The translations under genes and the position numbers were made by a program. The notes beneath the pieces were generated by a model. That model searched no databases. It was given only the letters and a program-made list of their open reading frames with translations, and was not told the DNA's origin. A stretch of 64,000 nucleotides of DNA from Methyloligellaceae bacterium (lineage in GTDB: Bacteria > Pseudomonadota > Alphaproteobacteria > Rhizobiales > CBDHHC01), in contig CBDHHC010000005.1 in assembly GCA_965263345.1 (NCBI GenBank), positions 79,134 through 143,133 of the forward strand. Reading direction: 5' to 3'. The stretch's first letter is position 1; each line of letters starts with the position of its first letter. Shown one piece after another: positions 9,656 to 18,887 of this stretch.

Positions 9656-10525
9656 TCATACAGCGAGGGCTTCTTGTGATAAACTTTGCTTTGCGTTCTG
9701 CTTATTGTTAGAATTTTCTGGAGTATTGTATTTGTTTTGTCCGTGATTTGTTGACCTCAAGCTATGTCCTACACTCTCTTCAAATCGCTTATGCAAATCG
9801 GAACGCACTGCATTAAATTGTGTTGTTGGATTTTGTCTGTCAGTCTCATTTAGAGGTATTAAGACATCATCACAAATCCTGCCTGGATTAGCGGACATAA
9901 CAAGGGCTCTATCTGCCATGATGACGGCTTCGGTAATGTCATGTGTGACAAGGACAAGAGTAATACCAAGTTCCTTTGTAATACGCCTGACATCACGTTG
10001 AAGGGCAGATCTTGTAAAGGTATCCAAAGCAGAGAATGGTTCATCAAGGAACAATATTTCAGGGTGAACAGCTAATGATCTGGCTAATGCAACGCGTTGT
10101 TGCTGACCTCCAGACAAATCTTGTACATTATGATCTGCATATTCGCTTAACTCAACTAAGTCTAAAAGTTTTGGAATACGTTTTTTGGCTTCTTTCATTC
10201 TCCCTGTAAACCGAAGGCCTAATGAGATATTTTGTTTTACCGTCATCCAGGGATACAAAGACGCTTGTTGAAACATCATGATCCTGCTTGGACAAGGGCC
10301 ATCAACGTATTTTCCATCAATATAAACTTTGCCATTGGAAGGCTTTGTCAGACCTGACATGATATGAAGTAAAGTAGATTTTCCACATCCTGAACGTCCA
10401 ATCAAAGCTGTTGCGGAACCAGGTTCCAAATCCACTGATATCTTTTCTACAGCACTTTTTTTGCTGTTACGGTACGTATGACTAATCTCAACAAGACTGA
10501 TATGTGCACCGGGCATTATCGTCAT
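9656..10525 (-). CDS. ABC transporter ATP-binding protein (NitT/TauT family)
   Basis: 289 aa. Walker A GRSGCGKST, signature LSGGQQQR, Walker B ILFLDEP and H-loop VTHD are all canonical. Confidence 0.9.
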   Translation of the reverse strand: MTIMPGAHISLVEISHTYRNSKKSAVEKISVDLEPGSATALIGRSGCGKSTLLHIMSGLTKPSNGKVYIDGKYVDGPCPSRIMMFQQASLYPWMTVKQNISLGLRFTGRMKEAKKRIPKLLDLVELSEYADHNVQDLSGGQQQRVALARSLAVHPEILFLDEPFSALDTFTRSALQRDVRRITKELGITLVLVTHDITEAVIMADRALVMSANPGRICDDVLIPLNETDRQNPTTQFNAVRSDLHKRFEESVGHSLRSTNHGQNKYNTPENSNNKQNAKQSLSQEALAV

Positions 10526-10858
10526 TCTAAAACCTCCGTATATGTAGGTTTCTTTTTTAGGAAAATAGAATTTTCATAAAAAAGAAACAGAACGGTATGT
10601 TTTCTTTTGCAATGATGATGCCAGTTTGCTATATTTATTTAAGGCACTGTTTTATATCGACTTATTTATAATTCTTATAATGCAACTTAAATGAAAGAGA
10701 TTAAATATCCCCCAATGCATAATATTCATGCGTAGAATTTGATCATGAAAGAGAAGAAAAATAGCGTCTGGAATTTGCTCATAACACCAGTTTGATATAT
10801 TGATACACGGACAATAAGAGCACGTCTGAGAAATGATAAGACTATTCGGAAAAACGTT

Positions 10859-11497
10859 ATGTTAGATGCGAAAAATGATCTACAAAATAAAAACCTTGGA
10901 CGTCCCAAAGCAAATTTCAATGGTCCAACAGCTAAAGAACGCATTCTGATTGCAGCTTCAGAACTTTTTTGTAGATATGGCATCAATGCAATTGGAGTTG
11001 ATGCCATTATTAATAAGGCCGGGACAGCAAAAACAACACTCTATAAAATATTTGGTTCGAAAGAGGTATTGGTAAAAGAGGTACTCATTCGTGAAGGACT
11101 ACAATGGCGGCAAAGACTTTTTAATGCTCTTGATGCCTTAGAAAAACCAGCAGATTATAAATTACTGGCAATCTTTGACGAGCTTGAAAAATGGTTTTCT
11201 GAAGAGCAATATTATGGTTGTCCCTTCATTAATGCTGTTGGCGAACATGACAAACTTGATGATTTAATACGAACAATAACACTTGATCATAAAAAGCAGG
11301 TTTTGCAAAAAATTGAAACCCTCCTCAATGAGTCAGGAGTACAAGACGCTGAATCCGTTGGCCATGAGTTTGCTGTATTAATTGATGGCGCAATTGTAGC
11401 TTCACTTATAACTAAAGACCCCCAAGTCGCTCAAACAGCAAAACGTACCGCTCAGGCAATAATGTCCCGTGAATTGAACAAAAGAAAAACTAAATAG
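10859..11497 (+). CDS. TetR/AcrR family transcriptional regulator
   Basis: 212 aa. N-terminal HTH: RILIAASELFCRYGINAIGVDAIINKAGTAKTTLYKIFGSKE. Divergent from the ABC operon. Confidence 0.85.
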   Translation: MLDAKNDLQNKNLGRPKANFNGPTAKERILIAASELFCRYGINAIGVDAIINKAGTAKTTLYKIFGSKEVLVKEVLIREGLQWRQRLFNALDALEKPADYKLLAIFDELEKWFSEEQYYGCPFINAVGEHDKLDDLIRTITLDHKKQVLQKIETLLNESGVQDAESVGHEFAVLIDGAIVASLITKDPQVAQTAKRTAQAIMSRELNKRKTK

Positions 11498-11661
11498 ACC
11501 TTTTATACTGAATTTATATCATGTGCTAGAATGATATAAATTGGGTTATATTCTCTTTAAAAATCAACGCCTCTGTAAACCCTAAAATGATCAAATTAGA
11601 GGTTGACAACAAGATTTACGCTCTGGCAATTTGGATAGTCGGTAATTTAATATTATTCCTT

Positions 11662-11697
11662 AAATATAAAAAGACCCAACAGTAAACTGTTGGGTCT
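11662..11697 (-). terminator. Rho-independent terminator downstream of phoX
   Basis: Perfect 11-bp stem agacccaacag / ctgttgggtct (11672-11682 / 11687-11697) with a 4-nt loop. On the minus strand it is followed by a T-run (A-run 11662-11671 on plus). Confidence 0.7.
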
Positions 11698-11732
11698 AGT
11701 TAGTTTTGAGGAAATATTATTTTTATTAGGAC

Positions 11733-13706
11733 TTATGATCCAATAATACCACCATCTTTTTTCGTAATTACGATTGTACAGTCGCGAGGAATTGTTACAC
11801 CATCAAACTCAGCTGGGAAGTTGGTGCTTGTTGGTGAACCATTACCTGGGTGCTGCATGTTGATGAACATTGTGCGACGGTCTGGTGTTACTGTGATACC
11901 AGTGATCTCATCACTGCTCACACCAACGAATAAACGACGCAGTTCACCAGTTTTTGTATCAGCAACAATCATTTGGTCTTGAAGGCCATCTGGCTGGCTA
12001 CCATCAGTCTGAATAAACAGGCGCCCATCTGGATCAGCCCATAGGCCATCTGGATCTGTAAATACATCTTCAGTACCTTGAGTAGAAGATGCTACGATAA
12101 ACAAATCCCACTTGAATGTTGTTCCAGTGTGTCTTTTGCTGTCACGCCATCTAATGATATGACCATCATTGTTAGGAGCTTCAGGATTTGACGCAGTCGC
12201 TTCTGTACGCTGAGAGTTGTTCGTCAATGTGCAATAAACGTCACCATTTGGAGCAACAGTAGCCCACTCAGGACGATCCATTGGTGTTGCACCGAGTAAG
12301 TCTCCTGCGATACGTGCATACGTTAGAAGCTCAGCCTGGTCTTTGAAACGAGCAGCAAGAACAGGATTGTCAATTGTTAACTCAAGCCACTCACCTGTGC
12401 CATCATCATTGAACTTAGCAACATAAAGCGTACCTTCATCTAAAGGACTCTTACCTTTTTTGATCATACGCTTCCAATTATCTGCAGATACGAATTTGTA
12501 GATATAGTCAAAGCGCTGGTCATCACCCATGTAACATACTGCACGTCCACCTTTACCAACAGTAACGGCAACACCTTCGTGCTTAACACGTCCTAGTGCA
12601 GTACGTTTTACAGGTTTCTTTTTACCATTCATTGGATCAATTTCTACAACCCAACCAAAACGGTTTCTCTCATTTGTATAAGCAGAGTTTGACAAATCAA
12701 AGCGTTCGTCAAAGTTTTCCCAACCATATCCAAAACCAGTCGTTGAGAAACCATAACGCTCATCTTCAGGTGTTGGTGTCCAGTCGCCAGTCGCACCAAA
12801 GTAACCGTTGAAGTTTTCTTCGCAAGTTAGATATGTGCCCCATGGAGTATACCCATTCGCACAGTTGTTTACAGTCCCTTGGAATGTATTGTCTGCACCA
12901 TTCTCAAGAAGTGGATGATCTGCAACTGGACCAGAAAATTCAACTTCTGTATTCACATGAATACGACGGGCATTTTTACTTTTGACTTGCTGCCATTTTC
13001 CATCAATTTTTTTAATCTTGACGATTGATACACCATGAGCATGTTGAGATAAACGCACATCATCTAAACTTTCTGGTGCTGATTTTCCAAGTACGTGTGA
13101 ATTTCTGCCAAATTCATGGTTTATCGCAAGCATGCCAACTTTATTGCGGCGTCTTAAGAACCTTCTGAATCTTCTGAAATAATTGTGCATATCGCCATGC
13201 TTACGATATGAGAATTCATTAGGGAAGAACCACATGCCGTCATGGCCAATACCGATCATCTCTTTTTGCTCTTCAGCAGTTGGACGACTGTTTGGGTCAC
13301 CTTCGTAAAGCGGTCCACCTGGTTGTAGTGGCTCACCCCAAGGGATCAGAACTTGATATTCATAATCATCAGATATTATAGGAAGTTTACCTTCAGCAGC
13401 CACAGCTTGTTCGATTGTAACTGGTGAAAAATTCATCAAGTTCTTGCGTTTCCATGGCTTATACCATCCGCCGGCATGCGCAGGTTTATTTCCTTGATAG
13501 ATTGTTAGAGCCGCTAAGCTGAGACCGCCAGCAACTAATGCTCTACGTGAAACACGCGCTGCTAAAATGTCTTCAAAAGGTCTATTACCAGATTTGTTAC
13601 AAATCTCATCACAACTTGCTTCGATAACTTCGTCTAAAGCTTCGGATTGAGCTTTCACATCATTATCAAATGGCGCTTGAACATGTTTGTCCATTATTTT
13701 CCTCAC
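11733..13706 (-). CDS. phoX: PhoX-family alkaline phosphatase, Tat-exported
   Basis: 657 aa. Tat signal VSRRALVAGGLSLAAL. PhoX/DUF839 signatures: GATPMDRPEWATVAPNGDVYCTLTNN and FINMQHPG. Confidence 0.85.
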   Translation of the reverse strand: MRKIMDKHVQAPFDNDVKAQSEALDEVIEASCDEICNKSGNRPFEDILAARVSRRALVAGGLSLAALTIYQGNKPAHAGGWYKPWKRKNLMNFSPVTIEQAVAAEGKLPIISDDYEYQVLIPWGEPLQPGGPLYEGDPNSRPTAEEQKEMIGIGHDGMWFFPNEFSYRKHGDMHNYFRRFRRFLRRRNKVGMLAINHEFGRNSHVLGKSAPESLDDVRLSQHAHGVSIVKIKKIDGKWQQVKSKNARRIHVNTEVEFSGPVADHPLLENGADNTFQGTVNNCANGYTPWGTYLTCEENFNGYFGATGDWTPTPEDERYGFSTTGFGYGWENFDERFDLSNSAYTNERNRFGWVVEIDPMNGKKKPVKRTALGRVKHEGVAVTVGKGGRAVCYMGDDQRFDYIYKFVSADNWKRMIKKGKSPLDEGTLYVAKFNDDGTGEWLELTIDNPVLAARFKDQAELLTYARIAGDLLGATPMDRPEWATVAPNGDVYCTLTNNSQRTEATASNPEAPNNDGHIIRWRDSKRHTGTTFKWDLFIVASSTQGTEDVFTDPDGLWADPDGRLFIQTDGSQPDGLQDQMIVADTKTGELRRLFVGVSSDEITGITVTPDRRTMFINMQHPGNGSPTSTNFPAEFDGVTIPRDCTIVITKKDGGIIGS

Positions 13707-13812
13707 AATTAAACATCTTCTCCCTTAATGCTGAAGGTGTGTTTTACCTCCTAGCAAAAGCCGCTGATAGTTTTGCGGAAGTACCAAATTATGAGGCTTT
13801 TCTTAAGCTGGT

Positions 13813-13830
13813 GCGACAGTTTGATGACAT
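13813..13830 (-). promoter_or_regulatory. Candidate Pho box upstream of phoX
   Basis: The minus strand reads ATGTCAT-CAAA-CTGTCGC, two 7-bp direct repeats spaced by 4 nt. This is close to the CTGTCAT-N4-CTGTCAT PhoB consensus. It lies 107-124 nt upstream of the phoX ATG. Confidence 0.4.
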
Positions 13831-13957
13831 ATTTATGAAGCAAATAAAAAGACAAATGTGCATTTTATTAAAACCTCTGCATTAACAGAGACTTAGTTTA
13901 ATTGATAGATTTAAACATTTTATTGATAGAAAATTTCTATAAATTTCTGTAAGGCAA

Positions 13958-14707
13958 TCAAAGATTGCGAGCCTGTTTTGCTAACTCAACCAGTCTCTGT
14001 CTCAGATCATTCAAAGTTTGTAATGGCTTATCAAACCAATAGCGTTGAACATAATCCCCATTTACCAAGTCCATGCCTTCAGGATCTATACTTGCGAGTT
14101 TCCATGTCCCATCAGCCTGATTCATAAGTTTGGTCGCATATAGATGAATTGCATCCAAATGATCTTCATTCATATGTTCCACTGCTCCAGCTTCGTATGC
14201 TTTAAGCTCATTATAATTTGACATATCAATCAGTAAATCTGATTTTGTAAGCTTACAAGTTTTACCAAATCCTCCATTTAGAGAGGCTCGTTCAACATCT
14301 AAATACCAAAAGGCAAAATCCCCAAAATCAGCATATAATGCAGCTTTGGGATGTTTATTCAAAAAACGTTTTTTTATTTGAGTTCGCCGTGCGTCCTGAG
14401 TTACTTTAATTGCTTTACCAATGACTGTAATACGCGGGTGAACAAGAGGATCTCCTTTACCTGGTTCTCCAAGTAGTATAGAGCATTTTTCATTGACTTC
14501 TAAAGCGGAAAAATGAGAGGCAAGACTAGATATAAGAAAAATTGGAGAGCCGTCCATATCGGTAGAACAACTGATACGGCTTGCAAGTGGAACTCCAGTG
14601 CCTGGCTCGATAGAGGCAAGTGCACCAAAACGTGTTGTCCGAAGGATTGTTTTTGCCAATCTTTTAAGGTCTTCATCAACAGGTTGTAAGATACCTTCTT
14701 TATTCAT
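13958..14707 (-). CDS. HugZ-like protein (pyridoxamine 5'-phosphate oxidase-related FMN-binding fold plus DUF2470)
   Basis: 249 aa. N-terminal split-barrel region (ARTILRTTRFGALASI...SPIFLISSLASH) and C-terminal HMNEDHLDAI region are typical of heme-utilisation HugZ/DUF2470 proteins. Confidence 0.65.
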   Translation of the reverse strand: MNKEGILQPVDEDLKRLAKTILRTTRFGALASIEPGTGVPLASRISCSTDMDGSPIFLISSLASHFSALEVNEKCSILLGEPGKGDPLVHPRITVIGKAIKVTQDARRTQIKKRFLNKHPKAALYADFGDFAFWYLDVERASLNGGFGKTCKLTKSDLLIDMSNYNELKAYEAGAVEHMNEDHLDAIHLYATKLMNQADGTWKLASIDPEGMDLVNGDYVQRYWFDKPLQTLNDLRQRLVELAKQARNL

Positions 14708-14763
14708 TTTGGTCTCTTTTATATCTAAAAGATCTGGAAAGATAATTCAGTATGAAGCAGAAC

Positions 14764-14791
14764 ATAAAAGGGCGGCATAAATATGCCGCCC
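14764..14791 (-). terminator. Rho-independent terminator downstream of the 5'-nucleotidase gene
   Basis: GC-rich perfect 10-bp stem gggcggcata / tatgccgccc (14770-14779 / 14782-14791). It is followed by TTTT on the minus strand. Confidence 0.75.
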
Positions 14792-14815
14792 TTCCGTAAT
14801 TTATTATATGAGAAT

Positions 14816-16807
14816 TTATGATCCTGAAGTATCAGTTCTTACAACTCGTGGATTTGCAGGAGGATCCTGCAGATTAACAGTTCCACCTAGAGATTGTGTG
14901 ATGTAATCTTCCAGGATCTGCTGCTCGCCGATTGCTGTTGTTTGCAATGAGTTTGCTGCACTAAAGGCTGCGTATCCATCGCCACCTGTTGCCAGGAAAC
15001 TATTTGTAGCTAGAACAAATGTTTGGCTTAAGATTGCAGGATCAGTTACAGCACCGTTTTGAATGAATGTAACAACTGTGCCATCAGCTCTTGTAATAAC
15101 AAGGTCCTGAACGCGTGAAGGTGTTGTTAAGCTTGCTAAACCTTGAATACCTGGCTGACTTGCATCATAACGAAGTGTCATGCCAGCAATTTGTGGGAAA
15201 CGGCCGTCAGCCGCAGGAACTCTTGAAACAGAGTTTTCCATAGCTGCAAGTAGCTGAGCACCAGTCATTTCAAGAATAGCTAATTGGTTATTAAATGCTA
15301 GAGCTGCTTGAATAGTCAAACGAATGATGTTTGGTCCTTGAATTGTATCACGGATACCACCACCGTTTTTCAGTGCAACATCAACATTTAATGTTGGGAA
15401 TGACTGTTGAACAAACCATAGAGTTGAATCAGCTGCTAAGCGCCCTAAATTTGTTTCACGACCACGAACATCTGCACGCAAGCCATTTAGTGCCGTTGTT
15501 GTTGTTCCAACTTGTGTGAACGCATTTTGGATAGTTGGTGTTTGCTGTAAGCTCACAAGAACGTCTTTAACCCGCTCTTCTGCACTTTCTTGATAACCTA
15601 TCACTTCACTAAGAAGATCAACAGCTTCTGTTGTTGTCGCAATAGGACCACTGCGTTCTGTATCAACACTTTTGATGATACCTTTCGGGGTGAACGTAAC
15701 GATCAAATGGCCAACATAACGGTAAAGTTGCTCTGTATTCACAACAAGAACTGGGTTTCCTTCACTGTCTTCTTGGAATACTGGATAGTTTGGATCTGTT
15801 TCTGATCTTGTATCTTCTGGGCGCAAGAAATTGAAAGGTCCATTTGCAGTTTGGTTAGCAAAGAAACCCGTACTTCCAGCAGATGCAATAATATCGATAC
15901 CTCTTAAAGATTGAGCCTGAAGTGGATCACCTGTGAAATCTTGGGCGTGATCTAGAAGAATGATACGCTTAATTCCTTTTTGCTCAAGCTTTTCAACTTG
16001 CTCAAGTACTTGACCTAAAGCTGAAACTAATGGTTGGTTTGTTTGAGGGTCACGTCCACCAACAAAGTCCAGACCTGGTATTGTTACTGTTGGGTTTTCA
16101 ATGACATTAAAGAAATCAGCAGGAGCGCGGCCAATTAGACCAACTTTTGAACCACCAACTCTTAACCAACAACTTTTTACAACTTTACCTTTGTTGCGAC
16201 CACATTTGCTTGCATCTTTACCAATACGAATTTTAGGTGTTCCATCAGCAAGCACAACCTTAGTGAAATCTAGGTTTGCCGCAAGAAATGGGTATTTTGC
16301 CGTATTCAACATGTGAGCGAATTCATCAATGCCGCCGTCAAACTCATGATTGCCCATACCATTTGCTTTAAGCTTCATCGCATTATACATTGCGATATCC
16401 CCAAGACCTGGCTGACCAAATTCTGCAACTTCTGAAGAGGCTTGATAGAATGGACCAGGAATTGTGTGGTCACCTGCTGTCACATGAAGTGAAGGAATAC
16501 AGTCACGCTTCGCAATTGCTTGAAGGCCGTTTACAATTGCAGAATATCCAAGGATTTTTTCTTCAAGAGTATTTGGATCTTGGAATGAAGACTCATTATC
16601 TGAACTATGAATCAACTGCAGGCTTCTATTCCAGTTTCTTGCACAAGAAAGACGACGTTTCCATTTATTACGGAAGTGCCTTTTCCACTTGTAGTGAGTT
16701 GTTTTTTTATAATGTTTTTTGTGACCATGCTCTGCTTTAGCTTGAAACTGCATAGATGCAACAAACATAAAACAGATAGCCAGAATCCCAACGAGGATAC
16801 GTGACAT
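14816..16807 (-). CDS. Secreted bifunctional metallophosphatase / 5'-nucleotidase (UshA-like)
   Basis: GNHEFD metallophosphoesterase motif (NGMGNHEFDGG) plus a 5'-nucleotidase C-terminal domain. The preferred start is ATG 16807 (GGGAGAAA RBS; MSRILVGILAICFMFVASMQFQAKA signal), not the ORF-track start at 16912. The mature N-terminus is strikingly His/Lys/Arg-rich. Confidence 0.85.
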   Translation of the reverse strand: MSRILVGILAICFMFVASMQFQAKAEHGHKKHYKKTTHYKWKRHFRNKWKRRLSCARNWNRSLQLIHSSDNESSFQDPNTLEEKILGYSAIVNGLQAIAKRDCIPSLHVTAGDHTIPGPFYQASSEVAEFGQPGLGDIAMYNAMKLKANGMGNHEFDGGIDEFAHMLNTAKYPFLAANLDFTKVVLADGTPKIRIGKDASKCGRNKGKVVKSCWLRVGGSKVGLIGRAPADFFNVIENPTVTIPGLDFVGGRDPQTNQPLVSALGQVLEQVEKLEQKGIKRIILLDHAQDFTGDPLQAQSLRGIDIIASAGSTGFFANQTANGPFNFLRPEDTRSETDPNYPVFQEDSEGNPVLVVNTEQLYRYVGHLIVTFTPKGIIKSVDTERSGPIATTTEAVDLLSEVIGYQESAEERVKDVLVSLQQTPTIQNAFTQVGTTTTALNGLRADVRGRETNLGRLAADSTLWFVQQSFPTLNVDVALKNGGGIRDTIQGPNIIRLTIQAALAFNNQLAILEMTGAQLLAAMENSVSRVPAADGRFPQIAGMTLRYDASQPGIQGLASLTTPSRVQDLVITRADGTVVTFIQNGAVTDPAILSQTFVLATNSFLATGGDGYAAFSAANSLQTTAIGEQQILEDYITQSLGGTVNLQDPPANPRVVRTDTSGS

Positions 16808-17223
16808 AATATTTCTCCCTATTATCTCAGCTTTGTTTTGTGAAGTCTGAGAAATACAAATGTCATATTTCAGTTTTGTGAAAGTAATTGCCTTTGAGGT
16901 AGTAACAAACAAAAATAACTAAAAAAAACACATAACTTTAATGCGTAAATTTCAATTATCCTATTGATAATATTTGCAAATAAATTGTTATGAGATAGAA
17001 TGAACTGTCAGATTGTAAATCAAAAAATATAGTTACAAAACATTTCTAAGTTGATTATATCAAGTCAAAACTTACGATTTTCTCTTGTTTACAAGATCTC
17101 AACAATAGACACAAAATTAGGTAAAAAATCCATTCTTAAACATTTTATCTAGGTTGTTTATGAATATGCCCGTAGAGAAAAATTTCTGATGAGTGGTATT
17201 ATTCAAGCGAATGTTGGGTTTGA

Positions 17224-17448
17224 AGAAAAACATCATCCGAAGCAATAAAAGATATTGTCAATCTGGAACTTGTCTCCAACAAAGAAACGGAAGAAGTCTG
17301 CAGCAATATTACTCTCGTCACACAAGCAACGGCCAAAACAGAAGACTCTGCTTCTGAAATGATGGCATCATCTGTTGAACTCTCCGATCAATCAAGTCTC
17401 CTAAATACTGAAGTTGGAAAATTCCTTAAGTCAGTACAGCAAATGTAA
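17224..17448 (+). pseudogene. C-terminal remnant of a methyl-accepting chemotaxis protein
   Basis: A 75-codon startless frame bounded by TGA 17221-17223 and TAA 17446-17448. It reads SEAIKDIVNLELVSNKETEEVCSNITLVTQATAKTEDSASEMMASSVELSDQSSLLNTEVGKFLKSVQQM. This matches the heptad pattern of the extreme C-terminus of MCP signalling domains. No upstream remainder is present. Confidence 0.55.
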
Positions 17449-17686
17449 CCTAAATACATAAGAGACTTCTATACTACAAACAGTGCTTCTTATATCAAAA
17501 TAAATTTTAGAGTTACATATGCCTATAGCACATTTATTCTCCAATAATTGATCAATACAAATTCTGATTTGATCCTACTTCAAGATCTATGCCTTGCATC
17601 CATGAACTGATATATATAAAGTTATATGCAAAACAAAAAGATCAAACTCACCTACTTAAACAAAATAATCATTCCTGGACCTAAAA

Positions 17687-18625
17687 ATGCTCTCAATTAC
17701 GCTTTTGGCCCTATGCCCAGTAGCTCTATTAATCGGTTTTGGCCTTTACTTGCGCTCGACAAATTTTGTAGATGAAACTTTCTGGACCGGCGCAGAGAAA
17801 ATGGCCTACTTTATCCTCTTACCCTCTTTATTTTTTGTGAGTTTGGCGACAGCTAATTTGGGTGAAATTTCAGTTGTTAATTTTGCACTTGCAATATTTT
17901 TAGCTACATGTACAGGCGCTGTAATTTTATGGATATTGAGGTATTTCTTTAACTTTGGTGGTGATGGTGCAACATTCACATCTCTGTTCCAAGGCGCTAT
18001 TCGGTTTAATAATTATGTTGGTCTGACAGTCGCTGCTTCAATATTCGGAGATATAGGAATCGTTCTTGCTGCTGTAGCAAATGCTATATTGGTCCCAACA
18101 GTAAATATCTTATGTATCCTTGTCTTTGCACAATATGGAAAGATGAAACCAACCTTTTTAAGTATCCTGAGGCAGATCCTAATCAACCCTTTGGTTTTAG
18201 CGTGCGTGTTGGGTTCATTTGTTAAATTTATTGATTTTCAAGTTCCTGACATTTTAACTGCAACTTTATTTTCTCTCGGCAAAGCCGCCCTGCCCTTAGG
18301 CCTACTATGTGTAGGAGCAGCACTTAAATTAGATGCCATCAATGGTGAACTTAAACGTATCGTACTTGCCTCAATTGCAAAATTTATCATATTACCTTTC
18401 TCCTATATTGTTATCATGGTCTTACTGAATGTAACAGGTCCAGCCATTACTGTTGGATTACTTTTTATGACACTCCCAACGGCATCTTCGTCTTATATCC
18501 TTGCAAGACAATTAGGAGGCAACGCCCCACTTATGGCAGGTATAATCAGCTTGCAAACTGTTGCTGGAATGGCAATTGTTCCTCTGGTTTTGTCTTATGG
18601 AAGTAAATTAGCGAATGTTCAATAA
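17687..18625 (+). CDS. AEC (auxin efflux carrier) family transporter
   Basis: 312 aa with about 10 TM helices. The two-repeat layout and the LPTASSSYILARQLGGN motif are typical of AEC/MdcF-like permeases. Confidence 0.75.
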   Translation: MLSITLLALCPVALLIGFGLYLRSTNFVDETFWTGAEKMAYFILLPSLFFVSLATANLGEISVVNFALAIFLATCTGAVILWILRYFFNFGGDGATFTSLFQGAIRFNNYVGLTVAASIFGDIGIVLAAVANAILVPTVNILCILVFAQYGKMKPTFLSILRQILINPLVLACVLGSFVKFIDFQVPDILTATLFSLGKAALPLGLLCVGAALKLDAINGELKRIVLASIAKFIILPFSYIVIMVLLNVTGPAITVGLLFMTLPTASSSYILARQLGGNAPLMAGIISLQTVAGMAIVPLVLSYGSKLANVQ

Positions 18626-18887
18626 GGCTTTGAAAATAATTGCGAAGAGGTTTCTGGTCCAATAACATAATCCTTTCCAGCGAGATTATGCCACCAAAAC
18701 GACACTTTTTTTTATTACGTCTACAGCCCATACTAAGTAACAATAATAACGTTACATGTTGGACGAGACATAGCGGTTTTTGAATAATATTATGGTCAAC
18801 ATTGTTTTAGAGATTGTGGCACTAGAACTACGTCTCGGAAAAAAATATAGCTCGGCTTCTTTCTAAATATTTTGAGAAGGAATTATA

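Noticed and set aside
11511-11542. 12-bp AT-only inverted repeat (aatttatatcat/atgatataaatt) after the TetR gene as a terminator
   Set aside because: The stem is entirely A/T and no T-run follows. It would be thermodynamically weak, so it is not called.
16808-16912. N-terminal extensions given by the ORF track for the 5'-nucleotidase (to 16912), the Mth938-like gene (to 55933) and phaC (to 63794)
   Set aside because: Internal ATGs with Shine-Dalgarno-like sequences give a proper signal peptide (16807), avoid overlap with secF (55867), or replace a TTG start (63749).
16840-17010. Pho box upstream of the 5'-nucleotidase gene
   Set aside because: Only isolated TGTCA half-sites (aaatgtcatatttcag, aactgtcagattg) are present, without a second correctly spaced repeat.
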